From Isurus oxyrinchus (Eukaryota), in contig JANJGN010000006.1 in assembly GCA_026770705.1 (NCBI GenBank), forward strand, positions 60,202,001 to 60,266,000: a DNA stretch of 64,000 nucleotides, read 5' to 3'. The notes under the pieces were generated by a model. The model was not told the DNA's origin and searched no databases. It saw only the letters and a list, made by a program, of their open reading frames with translations. A program made the translations under genes and the position numbers. Shown one piece after another: positions 37,797-49,871 of this stretch. The stretch's first letter is position 1. Every line of letters begins with the position of its first letter.

Positions 37797-39959
37797 TATG
37801 GAAGAGATGAATGACATTAGTAGTTAAGTGTTTGTCATTGGAAGCAAGCAGTGATTCATGGATAGGTGGGCACACTTGTTTAATTTAGGGAGCATGATTG
37901 TTCCTAGGCATTTTCTCCAGAGCTTTAATTTTAGAGCATAAAGAGCATACATAGAGCACCAGAAGGACTGTGTGGAGGAGGTTCGCCTCTATCTTCTCGG
38001 TCAGCTAAGGATGAATGTTAGATACAGCCTTGCCAAAGTCTCCCTCATCCAGGGAACACATTTTCAAACTCGTGCTTTTTAAGGGGTTCTATGTACTCTT
38101 TAAATCTTTTACATTAGGTTATTTTTGATTTCAATCTCTCAATTTCAATGTTGTAAAGTTTTCAAGACCTTCATATTTACAGTAATAATTCTAGCTAAAT
38201 ACAGTGTAAATTTCATGGCATTTTCCTTGTGGTTTTTCTCAACTGACTGTAATTTGAGGTTTCTGTTTTCTTTTTGAAGAAGGAAACAAAAGTGCCTTTT
38301 GAATGAATTCATTGCCCAACCTGGATTTGTGGTGAAAAACAGTACCTCTATGGATTGTAATTGGCATTTCAACCAAAGCCCAATAATACTGTAATAATGA
38401 AAACAGTGCTCTGAGGAAATAACCTTCACACCATTGCAGCACCAGAGGCAAATAACGATTATAAATAGTACGAACGTGAGTTTGGAAACATCCCTTCTGG
38501 TCTAGCAGGCAGTTGCCCTTGCGACTTAATAAATTTATGACCTGTGATTTTATGGGTCTCTTAACTCAGACTGACATAATTGGAACTTCTAATTTTTTTT
38601 TAGCTTGTTTCCCATTAGCCCCCTTGTAACTTTTTTTGAGAGAGATCATTATTACAAGCTGCAATGATTAGAAAACAAAGCTGTCATGAAACATATTACC
38701 TTCATTACATGCACAATGGGATACACTGAAGAATTACTTATTCAAGAATCATTTTATATCTATAATTAATACATAACATTTAAAAAAAGCATTGCTATCT
38801 GGAGTGGCAATACAGAATCCTTTTTGTATGTAAATTGAAAATAATTTAGAATTCTTTAGGTTATTTTTACAATTTTACAATTGAAATTGTAATTGTGAAT
38901 TTTTTTTATTATTAAAATTACAGTTTTAAACCAGAAAACTGGTTTCATTGAGCACCTCAAATTCAGGGACGAAGTGAACATCAGTACAGGTAGTTAGATG
39001 TGTTCAAATAGTGCATGTTAATTCAGCTAGTTGGTGCTGACTTAATTACACTACACTGAAGGAAGCATGTAGAACAAGTCTAACATACATCAGATAAATA
39101 TGATTATGTTATTGCATATTATTCATTCAATAATTTTGCAACTATAACTGCATTTTATTTATCAATCCAGAGATCTCCCTGTGTAATTATTGCACACAAG
39201 ATGAATCTCTCGTAGCAGAGAAATGTGGAATATGTTCTCTGGAAATTCACATGATAGGATTAGAATTTATCAGGTGAAAAAGATTCCAATAAGTATTTCT
39301 AAACTTGCTGCAAGGTTTAGCATAATAGGAGTTTTTGAGTAAAGTACTCCTGTTTCAAGATTATGAAAGGAATTGTCTCAAGTTGAACCCAGCAAGTTGT
39401 TCATTATAGTGAAGAGTTCAAATTTCAAAACCAGAAGTTTAAAATTTAAGGTGGGAGTAAGGAGGAAAGGCAGGCAGAAATATTTCACCCAAATGGTATT
39501 AGAATTGTGACATAAATTACCTTGATACTCCATTCAAGTGGACAGTACAGTGGGTTATTTTAATAATTGGGTGCTTCTTTGGAGAAAAGGGACTGGAAGG
39601 AAGAATTGATCTGGTCATCTTGCCTGGTGGTGCAGTAAGTATCTTTGTGAAAGTTTTCTTTGGGTGGTATTTCTAGTGAATAAATAAGTTACAAAAGAAC
39701 AAATGGCTGAAATTCTACAGGTTAGGATGGTCACAGGTTGGTTACACCGTGATTGTACTGTAAGGTGCACTCCAGCGCTGACCCTGTCAGAACACTGAGC
39801 TCAGTAGGTCAGGTGGGGACAGATGCCACCTCAGGCACATTTCCAAAGCCTGCCTGGCCATGGAGATTATTTCCAAGGACTTCCCTCTGATCCTGGCCAT
39901 ACTCCCCTTCTGCCTTTCAGTTAGGGACACAATCTGTCAAAAGGAACCCCACTTATGTC

Positions 39960-40690
39960 ACTGCTCTTTTTAATGTATGTTAATGACCTGTGCTTGGGTT
40001 TGCAGGGTATACGTTTGCAGATGACACGAAACTCAGACAAATTGCAAACAGTGAGGAGGATAGTAACAGATTTCAGAAGTACCTACAGACTGGTGAAATA
40101 GCAGACTGATGCCAGATGGAATTTAATGCAGAGAAGTGTAAAATGATGGTTTAGGTAGAAAGCATGAGGAGAGGCAATATTAAATGGCACAGTTTTAAAG
40201 GGGTGCAGGAACAGAGACCTGGGGTTGTATGCACTGAAATCTTTGAAGGTGGCCGAACAAGTTGAAACATCTGTTAATAAAACATTTGGGATCCTTAGTT
40301 TTTTAAGTAGTGGCAGAGAGTACAAAAGCAAAGAAGTTATGCTAAATCTATATAAATCACTGGTTAGGGGCCAGCTGGAGTATTGTGTCCAATTTTGTGC
40401 CCCACACTTTGGGAAGGATGTCAAAGTCTATGGTGCAAAGCAGATTTATTTGAATGGTACTAGGAATGAAAAACTTTAATTACCTGGAGATGAAAGAAAC
40501 TTGTGGTGTTCCCATTAGAGTCAAAAACTTTATGGTGAGATTTATTAGATCAACATCATGAAGAATTTTGATAACAGAAATAAGGGGAAACAGTTTCCAG
40601 TGACAGATGGGTTGATGATCAGAGGACACAGACTTAAAGTAATTGATGAAAGAACTGGAGGCAACACAAAGATAATTTTTATTTTACAGA
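39960..40690 (+). mobile_element. CR1 LINE RT to C-terminal fragment
   Basis: FADDTKL and YKSKEVMLNLYKSLVRGQLEYCVQF (ORF 40225..40479). Confidence 0.8.
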
Positions 40691-40819
40691 CTGAGTAATG
40701 ATAAAGGTGGAGTAATAAAAATACAAGAAATAGATGTATATATTTTATGAGACTTCTGAATGTTTTTTTCTGTCTATGAAATCAAAATAACATGCATTTA
40801 ATTTAACAGTTAATTTAAG

Positions 40820-41140
40820 CTTCCCCGGTGACTTGGCATGTATATGCTCTGCTTAATGTGGTACCGAACTGTTCAGAACATCACAGATTTGTTCTTTGTC
40901 TGTGCTGATTAACCAAGGTCTGCTTTGAATCGGGAGGAAAGTTCAGAGAGGGTCCCTGCTCCTGGCCATGGCCAGTGACTTACTCTAGGAGGCACACGTG
41001 CATTTACATTTGGAGAGGACAGGTTTTGCTTCCCCCGTGATTCCTTCCATAGTCAAATAATCTTATTTATAAATTATCAAGGCTGGTGCAAGAAGGCCAA
41101 CACTTTGGGTGAGGTGACTGGCATTCATGGAAGTTGGGAA
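40820..41140 (+). mobile_element. Ancient unnamed SINE-like repeat
   Basis: Weak similarity to 8590-8910 and 58402-58700. Confidence 0.4.
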
Positions 41141-41542
41141 GAGTTTCGAAAAAAAAACATTTTAAAGAGTACAGGTAATATGTAAGGGTTAGATCACTTT
41201 GCGTTCTGACAGGCATCATTTGAATCAGACATCATCAGTTCTGTAGATAAGGGAAGGTGACTCAACATGTCTAGACCAGGCAGGAAAGGAAATTTATATT
41301 TGAGACTTGGAATTTCTCAAAGACTGTAATTCTCTGTGTTTTGCTCTTGTCATGCGAGATGCATGCATAGCTGTTTTACAGAGGATCATTTTTCAAATGG
41401 TTATCATCTACTTCATGCTGGTGCTCCCAGCAAGTTGGTAACCATACCTTGACAGGAGGCAATGTGAAGCCTGGCTGTTTACCTTTGTTTGGATTATTTA
41501 AGAATTTCTTGACAAGTTATGAATAAAGGAAGGGAAGAGAGA

Positions 41543-41922
41543 GGACTTGTATTTATATAGTGTTTTTCAAGACATTGGAGCATTCTACAGTGCTTTACAG
41601 CCATTGAAGTATTTTTTATGTGTAGTTACTACTGTAATGAAGAAATGAGGCAGCTGAACAATGTTGGTTGAGGGATGAATATTGGCCAGGACACCAGGGA
41701 GAACTCTCTGATTTTCCATGAATAGAACCATTGAGTCCTTTACATCCACCCAAGAGGGCAGAAGGGACCTCACTTTAACACCTCATCTGAAAGACAATCA
41801 CCTCTGTTAGTGCAGCGCTCCCTTAATAACTGCACTGGAATGTTGTCCTGGATTGTGTGCCCAAGCCCCCATGAACTTCTGATTTAGAAAAGAGGGTGCT
41901 ACCACTGAGCTGCAACTGACAC
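41543..41922 (-). mobile_element. DeuSINE-like tRNA SINE
   Basis: gttggttgagggatgaatattggccaggacaccagggagaactc (Deu-like core) and head gctaccactgagctgcaactgacac. Confidence 0.72.
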
Positions 41923-42524
41923 CTAAAGAGAAAGGATGTCTGAATGATGTTTCACAGACAATGTTCAGCTACTGCATTTCTTAATTAGCATTAAAAACGT
42001 AAAAAGGTTACAGTCTTAACGTTGATGTATAATTAACCTTTTTGTGCAGTTTTGTTGATATTGCTTCCCTACACTTAGCTTAATTATGATGTGCAAGTTC
42101 ATGCTGCTTACATAACTGTCAGAATCTGCTAGCTGTATAGCAACTGCACTGCTTCATACCTTTGCTTAATTCACTAATGTAAGTTAGGAACTTAGTTGAC
42201 TTCCTGGTTGTGGTGATTTGTAATAAAAATTGGCTGTAGATTTTCTCAAGCAGTCAACTCTAAGTTATTCCTTAACAAAACTACAGGAAAGATATTTAAT
42301 TTTTTTGTATCTTTTTCTTACATGGAGTATATCAACATTTTCAACTGGCTGAGAAGACCCCAATAACTGCATGCATAATCCTTATACATATGCAAACTTG
42401 CTTATATGGTGGAAATGTTTCATGGCTCTTTTGTGAGTGATAAATGAATAGCATTTCAGTACTTAGCCATGAATTGAAGAGTTGTTTGCATGCTTTTTTT
42501 CTTCCACAAATATCGTAGTTATTT

Positions 42525-43040
42525 TCACATTATAGTAAAGATGTGATTGCACTGGAGGGGGTGCAGAGGAGATTCACCAGGATGTTGCTTGGGATGAAAC
42601 ATTTAACTTATGAAGAGAGGTTGGATAGACTTGGGTTGTTTTCATTGGAGCAGAGAAGACTGAGGGATGACCTGATCGAGGTGTACAAGATTATGAGGGG
42701 CATGGATAGGGTGGATAGGGAGCAGCTGTTCCCCTTAGTTGAAGGGTCAGTCACGAGGGCACATAAATTCAAGGTGAGGGGCAGGAGGTTTATGGGGGAT
42801 GTGAGGAAAAACTTTTTTACCCAGAGGATGGTGATGGTCTGGAATGCGCTGCCTGGGAGGGTAGTGGAGGCGGGTTGCCTCACATCCTTTAAAAAGTACT
42901 TGGATGAGCACTTGGCACGTCATAACATTCAAGGCTATGGGCCAAGTGCTGGTAAATGGGATTAGGTAGTTCAAGTGTTTCTCACGTGTCAGTGCAGACT
43001 CGATGGGCCGAAGGGCTTCTTCTGCACTGTGTGATTCTGT
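42525..43040 (+). mobile_element. Young CR1 3' fragment, same subfamily as 10901-12280
   Basis: ORF 42543..42965 is open to the stop and highly similar to 11776-12280. Tail GTGATTCTGT. Confidence 0.9.
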
Positions 43041-43693
43041 AAGCAAGTGAAGATTTTTGATGTTATTTGATGGCTGACTATAATAGCAAATTAGTATAAA
43101 GCCTCGGACAGGACTCGCATGTTTTTGTCATTAGAGCTCACATTTGATAATTGCCACATATTTTGCAATAACAAGTGATTATAATTAAGATGTTTCACCA
43201 TTGAGTATTTTTTGCTAATATTGGACTGTAAACTATATTCTTTTGTATTTTCCATTGTGCTTTGAACATTTTTGCACCATTTACAGTAAATTACTAACAA
43301 TTATAAATGACTCTGTAATAGAGAGAGATGCCTACAGTCCTTTGTGGACTATGGCTAGTTACTTACTTACTCAGAGCAATGTCAAGGCACATAAGTACTG
43401 AAACATCAATGTGCTTCACTGTTTGAAGATTAGTTTCTGCCTGCAGCTTCACCCCAAATCTCCAGTAACAAACCATCGTAAATCCTGGTGCCCACTGCAC
43501 CTCCATTTCCCTCCATTATTTTCAGTGGCAGAAAGATTGTGCAGACTGTGCCAGAATTTCAGATGTGAACCCTTCCCTGGCAGTGTTTCTTCCAGGAGGT
43601 ACAAAGTCTGAATGCTACCCATCATATCCCAGCTTCATTTGATACAGGTGTTATAGATTTACCTTCAATTGTGCCAAATGTTTGAGAGACCAA

Positions 43694-44939
43694 GGGTGGA
43701 ATTTTCCATGCCCGCTGGTGTTGATGTGTTCAGTGGCGTGAGCGAACAATACAGCGAGAAGGCCAAAAATCGGTTTCATGACATTGTGTAACATTGTCCG
43801 CTTAGCCCATCGATAGCGGGCCGCGTTTCCCACCATCGGACGTCGGGAACCTCATTGTAAGATATCTGCACATCATTTTAAGGCTAGCCCACCGGAATCA
43901 GCACCCCCCACCCCCCCTCCACCGCTGTATCGTCTGAGCATGCTGACCTGTTTCACAACATACCTAAGCGATGTGCACTTGATGAGCTGCACTTCGCTTG
44001 GAATTTTGAGGTTTGTTTGACTACCTTGCCTCGGGCAGCACTCGCAGTCATCAACACCAAGCTTCACCGGCAACACCACACCACTTTTAGGAGGGCTCAC
44101 GGGCTTCCTACCAGACCAGCCGTAAGGCAGGGGTGGATTATCGACAGCTGCAGAGCTAGGGCTTGCTTGGGGAAAGGGGAGAAATGGCTTCGAGCAAGGG
44201 AAGAGGCTGCAGGGCTAGGGCATTACTTGGGAAGGGGGATATCCCAGGGTGTGAGTGGGGACACATGTTGATCTGTACAAGTGGCCTCAAGAGGATGAGG
44301 GCTGAGGAGGCAGTCTCCAGAGGAGATGAGGCCAAAAGGAGATGTGAGAGGGAGTGAGTGGTGACGCCCCTTGAGCTGGCAGTGAGTGAGATGCCAGTGA
44401 ATATATGATGGCCTTGTGAATCGGAGAGTTTAGAATGATGAGATGGTTGCCTTACACTGGATGAGATCATTCATCCTCTTTCTGCACTGGATGGCGAAAC
44501 TTTTGTGTGCAGCATCGGTACTGATCATCTCTACCATCGCCTCCCAAACCAGAGTGGTGAAACTGATGGGCCTCCTGCGGCCAGAGCAGAGGTAGAGGAC
44601 ATTGCGACGGGCTCCAGTGGCGTCCCAGGGATGCGCAACTGAATCGGGGGGGCTGCAGTCTTTTTGGGTTTTGGGGCCTTGTCTTCACTGGTGCCCTCCT
44701 GGACTGGAAGCACTGAGAGGTGCATGCATGGCTGCACTTTAAATATGGCGCCCGGCATGAGGAAGTGGCGAGATGATAGTGTGGCTGGCGAATGAGAGCC
44801 TGCCCACCATCGAAACGGCGTGTTTCCCAGGAATGCATAATTAATGCGACTAGGTTGGGACGATATGGCATGAAAAGCCGCCATTGCAGCCGGCAGACAA
44901 AAAAAATTGAACTTAGTGCAGAATAGGACAATTCTGCCC
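43694..44939 (-). mobile_element. Non-autonomous Harbinger (1.2 kb) retaining Myb/SANT exon 1
   Basis: Reverse complement of 20416-21642 along its whole length. Ends gggtggaattttcc / caattctgccc. KPKKTAAP..F...QKEDE. Left flank CAA. Confidence 0.8.
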
Positions 44940-45560
44940 AATTATTCAATTTAAATACAAACATCCATGGGATTTGTTCAAATATTTGTTTGGTTGACAG
45001 CTTTTTTAAAAAGTATGCAATGGTCAGTATTTAGTCTGTTTGGTCCTGTCAATTTTTTGACAATATTGATCAATTGAGAGTTGGTCAGACCAGGTACATT
45101 CTGCAGGTGGCAAGAAAATGATATGAAGAGTATCATGATTAAAGAATATTACTTCCAACAAGGTTTAGCACAGCAGTTGGGAACTTTGTTTGTACTGCAT
45201 GAGGTGTTAGTTCAGGGGCTAGTAGAGCGTACTTTTTTTCTGCCACCATAGAAGGACAAGTAGGATCTCCTGAAAATATGGGCATATAAGTTGAAGAGCC
45301 ACTCTGCCTGCCTGTTCCCAGGAATGCAATAAATTTACCCAAACATCAAGTGAAAACACTGTGTGGGACAAAGGGCTTGCCTTCAGATGTAGTTTGAAAC
45401 AAGGAAGCCAAAAACATCCAGCATAGAGTGAAGAAACTCCAAATAATCACTGCTAACGCATACTTTGTTAAAAAGAAAAATTGCATGCTTTTAACCATGT
45501 TAGTGCCGTCTAATACTAATCCAGTGTCTTCCTCATTTCTTTTTTTAGGGTCTGAACGGA

Positions 45561-45803
45561 ATGTCTGTGGATGAGAAGCCTGAATCACCCATGTATGTGT
45601 ATGAGTCAACTGTGCATTGTACAAATATCCTCCTGTGCCTCAACGACCAGCGTAAGCAGGATATCCTCTGCGATGTGACTGTTCTGGTGGAGAGGAAGGA
45701 ATTCCGTGCCCACCGGGCTGTCCTGGCAGCGTGCAGCGAGTACTTCTTACAGACTTTGATCGGACAAACAGAACATGAACTGGTTATCACCCTGCCTGAG
45801 GAG
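45561..45803 (+). CDS. BACH2: BACH2 first coding exon (N-terminal part of BTB/POZ domain); exon 45549-45803
   Basis: [64 protein letters not shown]...LPEE matches vertebrate BACH2. Polypyrimidine tract plus AG at 45547-48. Phase-0 donor GAG|GTATGG at 45803/45804. Confidence 0.96.
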
Positions 45804-46604
45804 GTATGGCACAGTAACTCACTTTAAACATAGGACATTGTTTAATCAGATCCTAGTTTTTGCAGGAAGTGTGGCATCAGAATAGTCCATACAATATTAT
45901 GTTATTCTTCCCTTGATGCCTAAAATAGCAAAAGCCTAGTTTATGTTAACAAGTTATTTTTGTTCTCTTGACTTTATCATCGCAACTGGAGTTAAAATAA
46001 TACAATAGTGTAGATTCATATTATGGCACATGGGAGCACCAATGTTTGCCACTACTGATGGATGAGATATCGGTTTTTAACTACAATCCCTGACATCTTA
46101 TGAAGTTCTAAGTCTCCACTAAATCATTGCGTAATGCAGGAAAGGACAGCTCACACGAGAATTCTCCCCCATACTACACTCATCTTTAGAGTAGGGACTT
46201 GGGAACAGATCTGCTCCTTATTCCCCTGCCCCAAACTGCAGAAAATTGGAGAAGTCGTCCCTTTGTAGAAGACCATATAAATTTGTAGCATTGGAGACCA
46301 TGCAGCACATCATGTTTGTGCCAGCACTTTACAGGGAAAAGTAAGCACACACACAATATTTTAAAAAATAGCAATTATGGCTTTTTCATAATCTGTTGAT
46401 AAATTTTGCTGCAGGCCAATCTTAAATTCAAGATCTTAAGTGCGCATTTTAAGGATCCCTTTGAGTAAAACATAAATGGAGTTGAAGGTTAGCTTCAACA
46501 ATAATTACTGGTGACAAAAAAGGATGATTCAGGTTTTTAGCATTGGAGAATCTAAACAATTGAGGAAACTCAACTTCAGATTGTAATTCCCCTTTATAAG
46601 TGAA

Positions 46605-47590
46605 CATAGGAACACAAGTAGGCCATTTAGCCCTTCAAACCTCTTCCACCATTCAGTGAGATCTGGGCTGATCTGCAATCTAAGTGCACATATCCACCTA
46701 TGCCCCATATCCCTTAGTATTTTTGGTTAGCAAAAATCTATTAAGCTCAGATTTAAAATTGACAATCACTCCAGCATTAATGGGTGGAAGTAGTTTCTAT
46801 CTACTCCATTTCCCTTAATATCTTGAAAATCTCAATCATATCACCCCTTAACCTTCTACATTCTAGAAAAAAGAACTGTAGTTTGTCTAATATTTCCTCA
46901 AAATTTAACCCTTGGAGTCCAGGTATCAATATGGTAAGTCCCCCTCCAAGGTTGTTATAGCCTTCTTAAGGTCTTATGCCCAGAACTGCTCACAGTACTT
47001 CAATCAGGTGTGGTCTAACCAGGGCTTATATAGCATAACTACTAGCCCCTGTGTTATAGTCCTTATACAGTGGCAGGAGTGTGCACCATCTACAAGATGC
47101 ACTGCAGTCACTTGCCAAGGCTCAGCAACCACCTAAGAGAACAAGGGCAGCAGATGCATGGGGATACCACCACCTGCAAGTTCCCCTCCAAGCCATACAT
47201 CATCCTGACTTTGAAATATACCACTGTTCTCTGTAGTAGCTGTGAATTGGTAGCATCTGTAAATGCAGATAAGATGAGCATTTAGCAAAGAGAGAATAGT
47301 TTTAATGGGGGATTTTAATTTTCATTTAAATTGGGCTAAGCAGGCTAGCTCTTGTCAGAAAGTTAGTGAATTTCTTTATTGTTCAAAGTAGTTTTCAAAA
47401 GCAATATATCCTAGAACCAACAATGAACCAGCCATTTTAGATTTAGTGATGAGTAATGTGTCATATTTAGTTAACAGCCTAATAATGCATGAACGATTAT
47501 TTAATTGTGATCATAATATGGTCGAGTTCAATGTCATATTTGAAAGGGAGAAATGCAAAGCAGCTAAGATTCTATATTTAGGTAGGGCTG
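46605..47590. mobile_element. Cluster of CR1 (-, 46605-47050), LINE B (+, 47068-47230) and CR1 endonuclease (+, 47270-47590) fragments
   Basis: CR1 tail gaacataggaac...aggccatttagccc; gtgtgcaccatctacaagatgcactgc; ILDLVMSN...CDHNMVEF. Confidence 0.6.
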
Positions 47591-47779
47591 ACCTACTGCT
47601 GTCCAACTGCTCCATTCAAATTGCTTTTGCACTCAGTGTACTTACAGCGAGGGAAACAATTAAATTGAAACAAAAAGGACTGGAAATGTTTAGCTGGTCA
47701 GAAGGCATCTGTAAAAAAAAACAGATTACCATTTCAAGTTCAACCCTTCAGATTCTGATGGAGCTGCTCTGTATTATTT

Positions 47780-48922
47780 TATCCATTCATGGGATATTAG
47801 CGTCATTTGAAGGCCAGCATTTTATTGCCTGTCCCTAATTGCCCTTGAGAAGGTGATGGTGAAGTGCCTTCTTGAACTGCTGCAGTCCATGTGATGCAGG
47901 TACACCCACAGTGCTGTTAGGGAGGGAGCACCAGGATTCTAACCCAGTGACAGTGAAGGAATGGCAATGTAGTTCCAAGTCAGGCTGGTGTGTGGCTTGG
48001 AGGGGAACTTGCAGGTGGTGGTGTTCCAATGCACCTGCTGCCCTTGTTCTTCCAGGTGGCGGAAGTTGCAGATTTGGAACGTACTGTAAAAGGAATCTTG
48101 GCCCGTGGTTGCATTATTTCTTTTAGATTGTACACACTGCTGCCACTGTGCCCCTGTGATGGAGGAAGTGAATGTTTAAGGTGATCAATCAAGCAAGCTT
48201 CTTTTTTCAGGATGTTGTTGAGTTTCTTGAGTGTTATTAGAGCTACAATCGTCCAGGCAAATGGAGAGCATTCCATCACACTCCTGACTTGTGCTTTGTG
48301 AATGATGGACGGCTTTGGGGAGTTACTTGTTGCAAAATTCCCAGCCTCTGACCTGCTCTTGTAGCCACGGTATTTATATGGTTGGTCCAACTCAGTTTTT
48401 GGTCAGTGAGACCCTCAGGATGTTGATGGCGGGTGATTCAGCAATGGTAATGCCATTGAATGTCAGAGGGAGATGTTTAGATTACCTGTTGTTGGAGATG
48501 GTTATTGGAGTATGAGTTGGCATGGAGATAGCATAGGTTGACATGGGAGTATGAGGGGCCATGGGTTGTGGGTGAGAGGGCTGAGAACTAGAGGGCCTAA
48601 CAGCTCCTAAAATAAGTGACATGAAGTCCAGTAGAACTGAGGTGGGCTTTCTGACTGGCATTGACTTGCACTTATGTGGCACGAATAAAATTTGCCACTT
48701 ATCAGCCCAAGCCTGAATGTTGTCCAGGTCTTGTTGCCTGCAGGCACAAACTGCTTTGGTATCGAAAGAGTTGGAAATGAAACTGAACACTGCAGAATCA
48801 TCAGCAAGCATCCCCACTTCTGTCCTCCTGCTGAGGATGGTTGGGCCTAGGACACTACCCTGAGAAACTCCTGCAGCGATGTCCTGGGACTGAGCTGATT
48901 GGCCTCCAACAACCACAGACAT
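47780..48922 (-). mobile_element. LINE family B fragment containing a 154-bp foreign insert
   Basis: ORF 48482..48922 reads SQGSVLGPT...MLADDS...QQDLDNIQAWADKWQ and is interrupted at 48506-48659. It is flanked by Penelope-type tail pieces. Confidence 0.85.
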
Positions 48923-49871
48923 TGTTTTCTGTTTTTCTTTAGATTACCAGCATTTGTGAGACATTTTTCTTTTTATTTATACAACTAGATTGGATTGGGA
49001 AGTGAGCCAATTAGGGAAATTTAGGTATAGGAACAGGGGAATGCAGGTGAATTTATTTACAGGCATTTCCTGCATAACTTCTCAATTGCAACTAATTCCA
49101 GTGGTTAGTTGATGGATGGTTTCTTTTGTTGCAGCTTTATATCTAATTTTTTATTGAGAAACCTGGGTGGTGGGCCAAGCCACACAGGCTACCTTCAATT
49201 TTGGAAATGATCCTAGTTATTCCATGTTTACTGCACAAAGCCCTGCCAGTCACTAAAGTCTCTCTTAAACTGTGATTAAAAACTTAATAAAAAGAGGGAG
49301 CAAGCTCACCATGGGTCTAAATAGAAATAAAGACGCTGTTTTAAAATGTGATGGTCTTGCAGCGTTACTTCAGAGGACTAAAATGAACTTTTAAAACATT
49401 TTGACATGAAGTCCTGTATATTTGGTGGCATTGCTTTAAAAATTGTGGTTATGAGTCTTGCATTAGTAAATGCAAAAAATATTGCTCATATTGATGTCAT
49501 GCACTGTGAACGAGTTGTGCTAAGGTGTGATTTAAAACCTATGGGCCAGATCTTCACTACCGAGGTGGGTAGCTCGAGTAGGGAAATTTCCAACTTGGCA
49601 GACCTGCCTCGGCTTAAAGGGTCCTGTTAGACCCAATTTTCCAGGGAGGTGTGGGCGGGATAGAACTCCTGGATGCAGATCATAGGTGGCCACAGAGGTG
49701 TGTGAGTGCCGAGGCAGGCCAGTCAGAAAGCCCGCCTCAGTTCTATTGGACTTCATGTCACTTATTTTAGGAGCTGTTAGGCCCTCTAGTTCTCAGCCCT
49801 CTCACCCACAACCCATGGCCCCTCATACTCCCATGTCAACCTATGCTATCTCCATGCCAACTCATACTCCA
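48506..49871. repeat. Near-perfect inverted duplication, arms 48506-48659 and 49718-49871
   Basis: 152/154 identical. The shared translation SVLLDFMSLILGAVRPSSSQPSHPQPMAPHTPMSTYAISMPTHTP appears in ORFs on opposite strands. Confidence 0.95.

Noticed and set aside
45561-45803. BACH1 as an alternative identity
   Set aside because: The [20 protein letters not shown]-terminus is BACH2-type. BACH1 has a different start and STNVLLSL.
45804-45827. ORF-track extension VWHSNSL of the BACH2 ORF
   Set aside because: It is read-through into the intron. Homology stops at LPEE, exactly at a GT donor.
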